The position numbers were made by a program, and so were the translations under genes. A stretch of DNA of 63,872 bases, filler included, from Reclinomonas americana ATCC 50394 (Eukaryota), in the NCBI GenBank assembly GCA_048213135.1. It is 10 parts of 6 records of this genome, joined end to end, with 100 filler letters (N's around TTAATTAATTAA, not from the genome) between each part and the next. Parts side by side here need not be neighbours in the genome. Positions count along the whole stretch, not along the records: positions 14,972 to 26,159 come from PS015309.1; positions 26,260 to 32,837 come from PS015310.1; positions 32,938 to 44,785 come from PS015310.1; 7 more parts are not named here. One strand, given 5' to 3'. This document shows positions 23,645 to 35,099 of this stretch, one piece after another. The notes under the pieces are model-generated. The model did not search any database, was not told the origin of the DNA, and saw only the letters and a list, made by a program, of their open reading frames with translations. Numbering within the stretch: position 1 is the stretch's first letter; each line of letters opens with the position of its first letter.

Positions 23645-26159
23645 TGCAATGCGGAAGAGACCAGCTGTTTAGATTACAAGAGCAGAACCGTCGGCAGCGA
23701 GCACATGCACAACGCAACGTCGTCATGTACGGATCCACGAGCTTCTTTTGCGTGGCCACAATCTGACGCGCTGCAATCAAGGATGCCGGCTCCCGTGGCG
23801 TTGCGCGCGGAAGGGCAGCCACAGCGGCGGCCGACGTGGCCAGTGGGGGCACCACAGGCGCAGTGGCCCTGGCAGCTGCACTCGGCTCACTGGAAGGCTG
23901 AACGGTGCCGGCAGCAGCGGGAGCTTTCACGCTGGTGGTGGTGGTCGTGGTGGTCGTTGTGGTGGTGGTGTCCGACGGCGCTGGTGCAGGAGGTGCCGGT
24001 GGCGCAGTCACCGAGGGTCGCTTGTCCTCCTGCGCAGTGGGCGGCGGCGCAGTCTGCACTGCCGCATCGCGTGGTCCACGAATGGCAGGCGGCATTGATG
24101 CGCTGCGCAACTTGATAGCACGTGCGCGCCACGGATCCATGCCACCGAGTGATTGCATGAGAGTGTTGCGATACACGACTGTTGGGGAGGCGCGATGAAT
24201 GCCAGAGTGATTTTGGAATGGCACGAGAAGCAAGCCGTGCGTGCGCACCTTCAGAGTCCGGCTGCCGGCCATCCACGCGTGACATGCCACGGAAGCGGCC
24301 AGCATAGTCCACAGCATCGCGGCTGAGACCACGCAAGTACGAGCGCCGTCCGAATCCGATCTGCAAACGCGACGTCAGACGACTGATATAGTCGGATGCA
24401 GACAAATCCTGCTGTCTCGTCGTAACTCCTGCCGGGTCATTGCCGTACGCATCGAGCCAAGATGCGTACACGTACTCGGGCGACTCGACATCAACCGGCT
24501 GCGCGTGCAGACCAGTGTTGTAGCTCGGCAACAGGCCGGACTCCATCCCGTATCGATGATTCGGCACTCGCGGTCTCCGATGCACCCAGTCGTAGCTCCA
24601 CTCCTCAAAGGGTGGTGGTGGAGGCAACGTGCGGAAGCCTTGTGAGTGATCTCGATTGGTGATGCGTGTGCCGAGCACTGATTGCACAAGCAGGCAGTGT
24701 CAGGGTGCGCGTGTGAGGGAGAGAGAAAGAACGGGGGCAAGAGACGCACAGCTGTTGGAGACATCGAAGCGGTCTGCGAACATACAGGAACGCCAGTGAG
24801 ACCGACAGTTCATGCCGTCAACGCAATACAGACGGAAAGCAAAAACGAACCCATGTACTCGGTAACATAATGTGGATTAATCTGCATTCAATGACCATGA
24901 GCGGAGGGCGATAGGAAGCGATCGACAATTGTGAACTGTGGTGTACCTTGCGGTGCGTCAGCACCGACCATTTTTCGAGTTCGCCCAGTGGCTGATGCAC
25001 AGCGTCTGCATCTGACGCCGCTCCTGCGTACGATGAGACGAGTGCCTGTGATGGAGGCGCAGACTGCGGTCGTGATGGTGGCGGCTCGCGTCGCTCTTCC
25101 ACTTTGCGCTGCAACTGGCAATGCGCACACATGCACCGTCCTGCGAGTGTGGGGTGAGGGGGAGAGAGAAACCCATCTCCTATCATTAAACGGATAGAGT
25201 ACAGAACCTGTCGCATCGCGCTGGAAACCACGATACTTGGCATTCCACTGCATGGCACTCTTGTTGCCTCCCAACATGTATGAGGCGCGACCGAAACCCG
25301 TCTGCATGCACGGATCATGAGCTGCGCAATCGAGAACGCCGTCTTCCTGTTTCCATCCAACGCAACTCCCGGTGGATCGTTCCCATAAGGATCATCGGCA
25401 GCACGATATGTTCCGTCCTCGGCCAGCACACCGTAGCTGGAGCCTGGCCGCTCGAGTTTGGCCTCGGGCGGATCGCTCTCTTCAACAGCCGGTCGCAGCG
25501 TGCGATCAATGTGAGTGGCCTCGATCTCAGGTCGCGTGGAAGGCCGCTCGTAGTCCTTGCTCCACGTCTCCCACGATGGGCGTGGAGGGTGCACATATGA
25601 CGGATACACGCGCTCCCGTCGCATCTCCAGATCGCCGGCCACTGCGCGTGCGCGAATGAACACCCACATGAATCCACCACCACCACACCACCACCATCGC
25701 CACAAACGCACTACTGTTGGACCGGTCAAAGCGGTCCTGCGTCTCCGACACCCAGTGCGGGTTGATGCCGCGTCCCGTCCGCACGTGCCACTGTTCAAGA
25801 TCGCCAGCGGGCTGAGGCGGTCGCAATTTGCTCTTCCGCTCTGCAGATGGGTGAATCATCGTTCGTGAGGAGACGGAACACAGCGTATGTGATAGTGAAT
25901 GCGCACGCAGGCCACACCAGCTTCACGGCGCTCCACTAGTCGCTGCAGTTCCTCGCGGGTGATTAGTCGAACTCGCTTCCCGTCATGATCAACAATACTG
26001 GTGCCCACTGCATGATTCGTCAGAGAGAGAGAGAGAGAGCGTGAATCGAATGCCGCGCACGCAACACTCGGTGACTTCCGCTGTCAGAGGCCGTTGTGCA
26101 CGGTCCTGATCCGAGAGCGACACTTGCAGATCGGCAGCCGTTCTGCACGCACACCGTGT
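23645..26159 (-). CDS. Hypothetical protein with two copies of an internal repeat module (Mn/SAXO-like motifs)
   Basis: Duplicated blocks: LEQWHVRTGRGINPHWVSETQDRF / LEKWSVLTHRK|INPHYVTEYMGSF; PPRPSWETWSKDY / PPPPFEEWSYDW; YGNDPPG|TGFGRASY / YGNDPAG|IGFGRRSY. Confidence 0.6.
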
Positions 26160-26203
26160 NNNNNNNNNNNNNNNNNNNNNNNNNNNNNNNNNNNNNNNNN
26201 NNN

Positions 26204-26215
26204 TTAATTAATTAA
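26204..26215. other. Artificial contig spacer
   Basis: N44-TTAATTAATTAA-N44. Confidence 0.97.
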
Positions 26216-26259
26216 NNNNNNNNNNNNNNNNNNNNNNNNNNNNNNNNNNNNNNNNNNNN

Positions 26260-26970
26260 CAGCAGGAATGCACGTGCCTGGAACACGAGAAAGTTTCGCG
26301 CTCGAGTGTCGATGCCTCGCTCGCTCAGCGCCGCATTGTACTCGTCCCACGTGCGCTGTCGCCCGTCGATGCGATACTCACTAGCGCCTGCGGCTGTGAT
26401 GTGTCGCTCAAAGTGCGTCTCGCGATCACTGCTCTCCGACTCCTTGTAGACCAGTCGCACGTACGCCCGCTGCGGAGCACGCTGCGCACAACGAGTCGGC
26501 ATCGGCGCGTCAAACCGCACGAGACTGCCTCACACACAAACCTTGCCGCCGCCACCATCACCAGCATACACCAGATCCTTCAGCTGGTGCGATCGAAGTG
26601 CCGCCGCCCGCACTCCCATCACAAAGCAAATGGCGTCCATGAGGTTCGACTTGCCTGCGTCGCATCATCAAAGTGAGAGACGACCAAAGTCACACTTGGA
26701 CATGTCGGCAAACAAGAGACAACACACACACACACACGCGCACACACACGCACGCACGCACCGGCGCCATTGGGCCCCACGACAGCGGTGAACTGGCGAA
26801 AGGGGCCAATCACCTGGTGACCGCGGTAGCTCTTGAAGTTCTCGACCTCCAGGCGGTCAATGAACCCCTGTGAATGACAGGCAAAAGTGAGTGAATCACA
26901 CACGGAGAGAGGGCGCGAGGGAGAGATAGAGAGAGAGGGAGGAAGAGGGAGAGGGAGGCGCACACACCAT
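26260..26970 (-). CDS. SMC1: Cohesin subunit SMC1, N-terminal part
   Basis: [50 protein letters not shown]...[11 protein letters not shown]...SEYRIDG...RARNFLVFQ. Confidence 0.93.
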
Positions 26971-27061
26971 TCTCCGTCACACTTCAATCGACCTCGATGC
27001 GAAGGGTTTGCGTCGATTTCCCGCGTCGCGAGCACTCCCGCAATCTCCCTTGCTTTCGCCA

Positions 27062-27808
27062 ATGCCAGAGTTCTGGGTGCTGCGCTGTGCTCTGTGTGGC
27101 ATGTTCCAGGTGCAGCAGGCCATCAAGGCGAAAAACTGGGCCTGCCGCGTGTGCCACAGTCGCCAGTCGGTCATGAAAGTGTGGGGTGAGTGTCCATTCT
27201 GTGTGTGTGTTTGCTTGGCGTGTGTGTGAGCTGACACGCACGCACAGGCAAGGCGGAGCAGGCGAAACCCATGCGTGCGCTGGTGCAGGAGCTGAACATG
27301 ACAGCGGGCACTCTTCGCGAGCAGGTGACTGCCACTGCCGCACCTCCTTCACCATCTCCTCCACCTCCACCTCCTCCACCTCCTCCCCCACGATGGAAGC
27401 AGTTCGTCTCCTCAGAGGCGATGAAGAAGGAGGAAGAGGAGGAGGAAGAGGACACTGGCACTGTCGGCACCTACAAGGGTCTTCCAGTGGTCACCGCGTT
27501 GCCGTCGAGTGACGGCCACGCGCGTGTGAGTCGCCCGCGACAGCGCAAGAGTGCCACTGCCACACGACGACCCGCCGCATCACCGTCACCACCACAACAA
27601 CAACGGTCAGGGGATTCACCACCGCACAAGCGCGCACGACACCACCACGCCACTCTAGTGGTGGAGGAGACGTGGGATGTGCTCGCGGCGGATGAGCCAG
27701 CTTCGGCGGCGACACGATACGCTGCGCCTGCCTACGAAGATGATGATGATGATGGTGGTGATGATGTGGATCGCCAGCAAGCAGTAGCAACGGCAGCAGC
27801 GTATGAGT

Positions 27809-27841
<33 letters not shown>

Positions 27842-27915
27842 GCGGGAATGCAAACGTGACAGTGACGGCGGCGGAGTTGGCCGCGCTCTCGCGACGCAGT
27901 GGTGGTGGATGGTGA
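27062..27915 (+). CDS. MRNIP: MRN complex-interacting protein (UPF0544 zinc ribbon)
   Basis: [59 protein letters not shown] matches the MRNIP N-terminal CxxC...FQ..Q...W.CxxC..[KR]QS pattern; disordered tail follows. Confidence 0.82.
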
Positions 27916-27956
27916 ATAGTGTATAGCACGCCATGTGTGTAAACAGAGAGAGAGCT

Positions 27957-28145
27957 TCATTGCGGTTCTGTCCACAGCACGTACGCGAGACCGGCGATGA
28001 GTGACAACACGAATGTGGCCACCAGCACCTGGCCGATGAGACAGCCACGGTCGCTGCGTTCTTCTGCGCGCTGATACCGTAACCGCCGTCGCCTCTCTTC
28101 TTCTTCCACCTCATCGTCGTCGTCTGCGAAGCCCGCTCTCTTCAT
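27957..28145 (-). CDS. Small (62 aa) putative tail-anchored membrane protein
   Basis: MKRAGFADDDDEVEEEERRRRLRYQRAEERSDRGCLIGQVLVATFVLSLIAGLAYVLWTEPQ*: charged N-terminus and one C-terminal TM helix. Confidence 0.5.
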   Translation of the reverse strand: MKRAGFADDDDEVEEEERRRRLRYQRAEERSDRGCLIGQVLVATFVLSLIAGLAYVLWTEPQ

Positions 28146-28192
28146 TTGCGATGCAATCAAAAAACTTGTCGTCGTGTTTTGTCCGCCGACCG

Positions 28193-29183
28193 TCACTCGC
28201 CGTCGGTGAGCGACTGGAGCGCCTGGCGAATGTTTCGCCGCTGCAGCATCTTGGCGATCGTGTGGCTCATCTCGCGAATGTTGAACTCGACGCGAGTGCC
28301 CTCGAATACAGAGCGGTACTGGCGATAGGCAATCGCCATGCGACCGCACACGCAGTCGACGCCGTACAGCGCCAGGGTCAACGCAAAGTCGCGATGCACG
28401 TCGTCGCGGCTGAGGCGCACGCTGTCGTCGGCAGAGGCCTGCTGCCGCGTCTCTGCGTACAAGTCCAGCAGCTCGTTCTCCAGTTCCTCCGACAGCGGGT
28501 AGATGGTCGACAAGTAGAAGAAGAGATCGTACGCTCTGCGCGTGCGTGCAGCAACAGGGATGAGTGCGAGCGCAAAGGGGGCGGCAAGCACGTATACGCA
28601 ACCCGTTTCCAACACCGAAACCCTGCCAGTCGACCAGCACCGCCTCGACATTGCCGTCGTCCTTGTGCACGTACAGCGTGTTGTCGGGGCGCGGATCCAC
28701 GTGAATCAGCGTGGCCGCGTTGTCGCGGTTGAGGTGCGCAAAGGCACGCTCCCACAGCGGCGCGTCCTTGATCAGCAGCTCCAGCAGCGGCTCGATGACC
28801 TCAATCACCTCCGGGTCTTTGGTCTCGAACAACAGTCGCAAGTCACTGCGCACGTGGTTAGCAAGCACTCCGTCTCCGCACTGTGCGAGTGGCAACAAAC
28901 CTGGCCGCCGTCTGCTCGAGCGATACAAACGCCTCACGCATGCTCTGCGCCTCTCCATCGTCGCGATACCGCGCCGTCGCCCCGCCGCCAGTCACATGAT
29001 GCACAAACGGCTCGGCGCCACTCGCCAGCCGCGCAGTCTGCGTCGGACCCGCCCAGTGCGCATGCAGCGCCGCCAGCGAACGCATCACCGCCCTGTGCTC
29101 CTCCACCGACTGCCCCACGCGCTGATCGCCAACCCGCGCTCCACGCGCCTCCACGAGATTCTCCAGCACCAACGTGAACTCGT
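28193..29183 (-). CDS. Ecdysteroid-kinase-like / APH-choline-kinase family phosphotransferase (5' end in gap)
   Basis: FTLVLENL, MRSLAALHA, TLIHVDPRPDNTLY (Brenner motif), VLVDWQGFGVGNG|AYDLFFYL, NELLDLY. Confidence 0.85.
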
Positions 29184-29700
29184 NNNNNNNNNNNNNNNNN
29201 NNNNNNNNNNNNNNNNNNNNNNNNNNNNNNNNNNNNNNNNNNNNNNNNNNNNNNNNNNNNNNNNNNNNNNNNNNNNNNNNNNNNNNNNNNNNNNNNNNNN
29301 NNNNNNNNNNNNNNNNNNNNNNNNNNNNNNNNNNNNNNNNNNNNNNNNNNNNNNNNNNNNNNNNNNNNNNNNNNNNNNNNNNNNNNNNNNNNNNNNNNNN
29401 NNNNNNNNNNNNNNNNNNNNNNNNNNNNNNNNNNNNNNNNNNNNNNNNNNNNNNNNNNNNNNNNNNNNNNNNNNNNNNNNNNNNNNNNNNNNNNNNNNNN
29501 NNNNNNNNNNNNNNNNNNNNNNNNNNNNNNNNNNNNNNNNNNNNNNNNNNNNNNNNNNNNNNNNNNNNNNNNNNNNNNNNNNNNNNNNNNNNNNNNNNNN
29601 NNNNNNNNNNNNNNNNNNNNNNNNNNNNNNNNNNNNNNNNNNNNNNNNNNNNNNNNNNNNNNNNNNNNNNNNNNNNNNNNNNNNNNNNNNNNNNNNNNNN

Positions 29701-32458
29701 NATGCAAATATCAACGCAACGATGCTGGCTCGCGTCGACCACAATGCCTTTGAAACCCAACGAATGCGTGTGTGCGCCGCACAAGGCGCCCCTGTTGCGG
29801 TACGAGAACAAGAGGCCTGGCGCAGAAAGGAGAGGGGACACCAATTGAGTGCAAGTGACAAGAAAAAAGGGGGGAAAGCACTGCACACAACGCACCTGCG
29901 GCGGTCACTTGCACGGAAAAGAAAGCGAATGCCGAGTGAACAGCGGACACGCTCTCACACAGAAACTCCCGAAGCTGACAGTGGCGCACAGCAGCGGCAG
30001 CAGCTCGCCGATCGTCGGCACTCGACGATGGCTGCTGAGCTTTCCGGTGGCGACAAACTAGCCCAACGAGGGATTCGTCGTGCAGCACGGCCTCAGCATC
30101 ACACCCGAATCTCTCAAGGTGCTGCTCGAGCCGCTTCGTCGTCGACAAGACACGACCAAGCTGCTGGCGAGCGTTGCGGAGGAAGCGGCGTACACACGTG
30201 ACACCAAGCGGAACGTACAATCGGCCACGCCAACTGCAACTGCAGGTCGGCGCCATGTCGGCGTCGGCCGAACGGTTGGCAGGTGCGAGCGACGTCGGCG
30301 ACGTCAGGAGCGCCAGTGCCTCCAGTCTGTCGGTCATGATCACGGTGCGCACTGCCTCCGCAATGCGTCCACGAGGCGGCGACGATGGAAGCGCATTCTG
30401 AGTCGACAACCAGTCGTTCAGATTGCGTTCCAACGCTGCTGCCTCCTCACGCAGCACCAGAAGTTCGTTGACAATGCGTTGATCGTGCTCGGCATCAACT
30501 GTGCAGAGTGAGAGGGAGCGAGGTTAGTTGCTGCATCAATAATCAAGCTGAAGTTCACGGCCGGTGCGCAACTTGCACTGCTGCGCATGCGGCCGTGTGC
30601 GTCTCGCGATTGATCGTGTCCTTGCCCTTGCACAGCCGCCATGGTGTATTCGGTGCGGAGAACAGACAGAGCGGAGCGGACGAGATGTGCGAGCGACGTG
30701 GTGAACTCGAGCTCGAGCGTGNNNNNNNNNNNNNNNNNNNNNNNNNNNNNNNNNNNNNNNNNNNNNNNNNNNNNNNNNNNNNNNNNNNNNNNNNNNNNNN
30801 NNNNNNNNNNNNNNNNNNNNNNNNNNNNNNNNNNNNNNNNNNNNNNNNNNNNNNNNNNNNNNNNNNNNNNNNNNNNNNNNNNNNNNNNNNNNNNNNNNNN
30901 NNNNNNNNNNNNNNNNNNNNNNNNNNNNNNNNNNNNNNNNNNNNNNNNNNNNNNNNNNNNNNNNNNNNNNNNNNNNNNNNNNNNNNNNNNNNNNNNNNNN
31001 NNNNNNNNNNNNNNNNNNNNNNNNNNNNNNNNNNNNNNNNNNNNNNNNNNNNNNNNNNNNNNNNNNNNNNNNNNNNNNNNNNNNNNNNNNNNNGCTGCAC
31101 TCCTCCTCCTCCTCCTCATCCTCCTCGGTCGTCAGTGCACCATTCTCGCAGGCCTCGTATTCAGGATCGGCCACAAGCGGGTGCTCCTCGTCGCCGTGCT
31201 CGTCGTCGTGGTCGTGCTCGGGGCCAACATCGTCAACTCGCAACGGTGAATCCATGGGCAGTTGTTGCAGCAGTGTACGCTCATGTTGAGCGGCGGAAAC
31301 GAGACGGTGAACGTAGTCGACAGTGAATGCTTGACCACCACCAGCGGTCTCGGCGCACTCCACCATCCGTCGCACCAGGCAGCGTACGGCGCCACGGCAC
31401 TGTTGCCTCCAATGCTGGTGCTTCAAAGGAACCCCGGTGGTCTTGTGCACTCGGACGGCCACTCGTTCGGCCACCTCGAAGGCCAGACGCCGAACCTCGA
31501 GGGACAGTTGCGAAACAACTGCCTCTGCACTGCACTCCAGGAGCGATATCGACACNNNNNNNNNNNNNNNNNNNNTCCTCTCCTCTCCTCTCCTCCCCTC
31601 TCCTCTCCTCTCCTCTCCTCTCCTCTCCTCTCCTCTCCCCTCCTCTCCTCCTCCCCTCTCCTCCCCCTCTCCCCGTCCCTCTCACGCAACTCGCGCAGCC
31701 TGCATCCAGTGAACAGCGCACGTGCTGGCTGAACAGTGTCGCAAGGGACGACAACGCGACGTATCCACCGGCAGTGGCCCGTCGCATCCGAGCTTGAACG
31801 CCGGCCGAGGCTTGCAAGCCGTTCAGCAGTTGTGCACAGTGGGCCGAGTGGAGAGCTGAGTCGGCTCCGAGAAGCGAGGAGAGGCACAGCGCGTTGGAGA
31901 GCGTCTTTTGCAAGAGTTCACGCTTCTTCTCGTCTGCCTCATCGGTGACAGCGGAGAACTCAGTCTCAGCCAGAATCTTGAACACTCCTGCATCAGTGCA
32001 ACGCTGCTTGTCAGCAAAGCCACAACAACTGCAACTGTGCACGGATCCGGATCAATCAAGCGCTCACCAGCCTCGTTCAGAGCCTCGCCGAAATTGCTGG
32101 CCACAAGCTCGTTGCAATTGAGTGTGGCAGCGTCGACTGCAACGGCGCCAGTGCGGCTAACCACTGCGTCGTCGCCCACGCGAGCGATACGCCGAGCGTC
32201 AGACCACTTGAAGTCTGCAGTGACAGCAGTGGCGGCCACGCCTGTTGTCGGCACTGCAGGCGCCGGCAAAGGTGCAGGTGCCGCAGCACCTGGTTTTCAC
32301 ATACGAAAATGGTATCAGCACAAGCACACAAGCACAACGTGGTGCTCAGGGGTGGGCTCACTTGCGACAGTTGCAGGTGCGGCAGCCTTTCCACGACCTT
32401 TTCCAGTTGTGCTTGATGATGGAGCAGCAGCAGAACGAGCAGTCTTCGTCTTCGAATT
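29701..32458 (-). CDS. Hypothetical multi-exon protein(s), no family recognised
   Basis: Long coding-like minus-strand frames with plausible splice sites (e.g. GVFKILAETEFSAV..., SLEVRRLAFEVAERVAV...), interrupted by gaps. Confidence 0.4.
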
Positions 32459-32582
32459 CTGCAAAATCAAGTATCAGGAACTGCAGTGAGCAATACAAAA
32501 TAGCTAGGGGCGACGGTGAATAGTGAAAGACAAAACAGGACAGATTTAGATAGTACCACACAGCACACACACACATCACAGC

Positions 32583-32837
32583 AACATCACATGGAGTGCA
32601 CCCTCTCGCTTCTCCTCCAGGCTCTCCACCACTGTTCTCGTTGCCGTTCCCAGCCCATGCCCAGCTGTCTATCTACCTTTCACTCTCCGTCACACAACAC
32701 ACAGCACACACACACACAGCATAACATCACATGACGTGCACCCTCTCGCTTCTCCTCCAGGCTCCCCACCACTGTTCTCGTTGCCGTTCCCATGCCCTCT
32801 CTGCAGCTGTCTGCCTTTCACTCTCCCTCACAACACA
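32583..32837. repeat. Tandem direct repeat, 2 copies of about 140 bp
   Basis: acatcacatg...gtgcaccctctcgcttctcctccaggctc.ccaccactgttctcgttgccgttccca occurs near 32584 and again near 32724. Confidence 0.9.
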
Positions 32838-32881
32838 NNNNNNNNNNNNNNNNNNNNNNNNNNNNNNNNNNNNNNNNNNNN

Positions 32882-32893
32882 TTAATTAATTAA
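32882..32893. other. Artificial contig spacer
   Basis: N44-TTAATTAATTAA-N44. Confidence 0.97.
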
Positions 32894-32937
32894 NNNNNNN
32901 NNNNNNNNNNNNNNNNNNNNNNNNNNNNNNNNNNNNN

Positions 32938-33893
32938 GAAGGACGTCGAGCACCACCGCCGCTCGACGAATGTAGTTTTCGTAGGTATACGGAGCGTCCT
33001 TCGCAGCGGAATAGTCATCGTGCGTTCGGACGCAATCGATACTCGTGAAGGCGTAGTCGATCAAGTTGCTGCACAAAGCGTCATGCATGATCAGTCAAAG
33101 CAAGGAGAAGACAACCATAAATCTCTTCATGATCCACCACAAACCTCAATGGAATAACCAACAGAAACAGCAGTTCAACGTACTCTGCCCTCGGCACCTG
33201 GTTCTCCGGGTACTCGTTTGCGCGTCGGCACTGCGAACCGAAGCGTGGCTTGCCAGTGTCGCAGCAGACCAGCGAGATGATGCTGAGCGGCAATCCTGCA
33301 TTGCACGGAGAAGAGAAAAGGAAACCGAACAAACATGAATTCCAAAATGGCGCTGCGAAGCTACCGTTGAAGACCGTTACGAACCAGCTTCGACGAAATG
33401 CGGACTCGCTGCAAGGCACTCCAGAAGACCCAACACACGCGGATCTGCCTTCTCGCAGCGCTGCCGTTCCTCATTGAGTAGCGCGTCCTGCTCGTGGACA
33501 TGCATCGAAACAAAAGTTAGTCATATGCATTTTGTGCATCATAGAAAAAGGTGCGTCACTCACCGCTGCGAGCTGGAGGCACAGTTCGTGTCTGTCACCA
33601 TCGCCAATGTCGGTGGGTGTTGCTTGCTCTTTGAGAGCGATGCGATTGAACGAGTTCTCAAGAAGAGCCAACTTCACGAATTTTTGAGGAAGTGTGTTCC
33701 TGTCTCGCCCGCAGGCAAGAGCAAGGTGGATAGCGAAGCGGCGAGGCTTGTCTGTATCTGGATCCGCGGTCGCACCAGGACGCGGGGCGGCTGCAGCGCT
33801 TGCACTTGCAGACCCAGAGCCTGCAGGTGCCGCCGCAGCCGGCGCCGCCGTCGCGATCGTCGTCGATCGTGACCGCGACGGTCGTGTTGCCAT
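32938..33893 (-). CDS. Hypothetical protein
   Basis: MATRPSRSRSTTIATAAPAAAAP...RFAIHLALACGRDRNTLPQKFVKLALLENSFNRIALKE...; spliced, no family recognised. Confidence 0.4.
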
Positions 33894-35099
33894 AAACGCG
33901 TAAGTGCGTGTGTTTGTCGTAGGTGTCGTCGGTAGATCCAGAACATGCAGCCAGCTCTCACTCTCTCTTGACCAATGTAAAAAGATGTGTAAGGAAAGTA
34001 ACGTTTTAAACAACGGTCATGAAAACAGAAGCAATTGTAACGGTTTCGCCGTTGAGCGACGCGTACGCCACGCCAACAGAGGTCATGTACGTATACGGCG
34101 ATGAGGTACCGCGTACACCTGTGCATGTGGTTGTCGAGCCGCAGCGAGCCAATATTAATGATCTGATTAACATTCAAACACGAGTGGTCGAGGCGATATC
34201 GAAATCGATCGCAGTGGGCGTTAACGCACGTGCACGGTCAANNNNNNNNNNNNNNNNNNNNNNNNNNNNNNNNNNNNNNNNNNNNNNNNNNNNNNNNNNN
34301 NNNNNNNNNNNNNNNNNNNNNNNNNNNNNNNNNNNNNNNNNNNNNNNNNNNNNNNNNNNNNNNNNNNNNNNNNNNNNNNNNNNNNNNNNNNNNNNNNNNN
34401 NNNNNNNNNNNNNNNNNNNNNNNNNNNNNNNNNNNNNNNNNNNNNNNNNNNNNNNNNNNNNNNNNNNNNNNNNNNNNNNNNNNNNNNNNNNNNNNNNNNN
34501 NNNNNNNNNNNNNNNNNNNNNNNNNNNNNNNNNNNNNNNNNNNNNNNNNNNNNNNNNNNNNNNNNNNNNNNNNNNNNNNNNNNNNNNNNNNNNNNNNNNN
34601 NNNNNNNNNNNNNNNNNNNNNNNNNNNNNNNNNNNNNNNNNNNNNNNNNNNNNNNNNNNNNNNNNNNNNNNNNNNNNNNNNNNNNNNNNNNNNNNNNNNN
34701 NNNNNNNNNNNNNNNNNNNNNNNNNNNNNNNNNNNNNNNNNNNNNNNNNNNNNNNNNNNNNNNNNNNNNNNNNNNNNNNNNNNNNNNNNNNNNNNNNNNN
34801 NNNNNNNNNNNNNNNNNNNNNNNNNNNNNNNNNNNNNNNNNNNTGGCGGCGCCGGCACCGACTGGTCGCTGCATGGGCGCCAGGCATCGTCACGCACGTT
34901 TCTGGTGTGCAGTCTGGTCACTCGAAGTGTTGGCGACCGCACTGCGCGCCACTTTGCACGCGGTGTTCGAACACGACCCGCCAACACTGCACGAGTACGC
35001 ATCAACGTACTGACTGCAGCTGGTCAGCTTTGCAGTCGCGAAATCGTCGACCGATGTGCCTTCTGTATGCTCACACAGTCCACAGTCGACGTAAATCGT

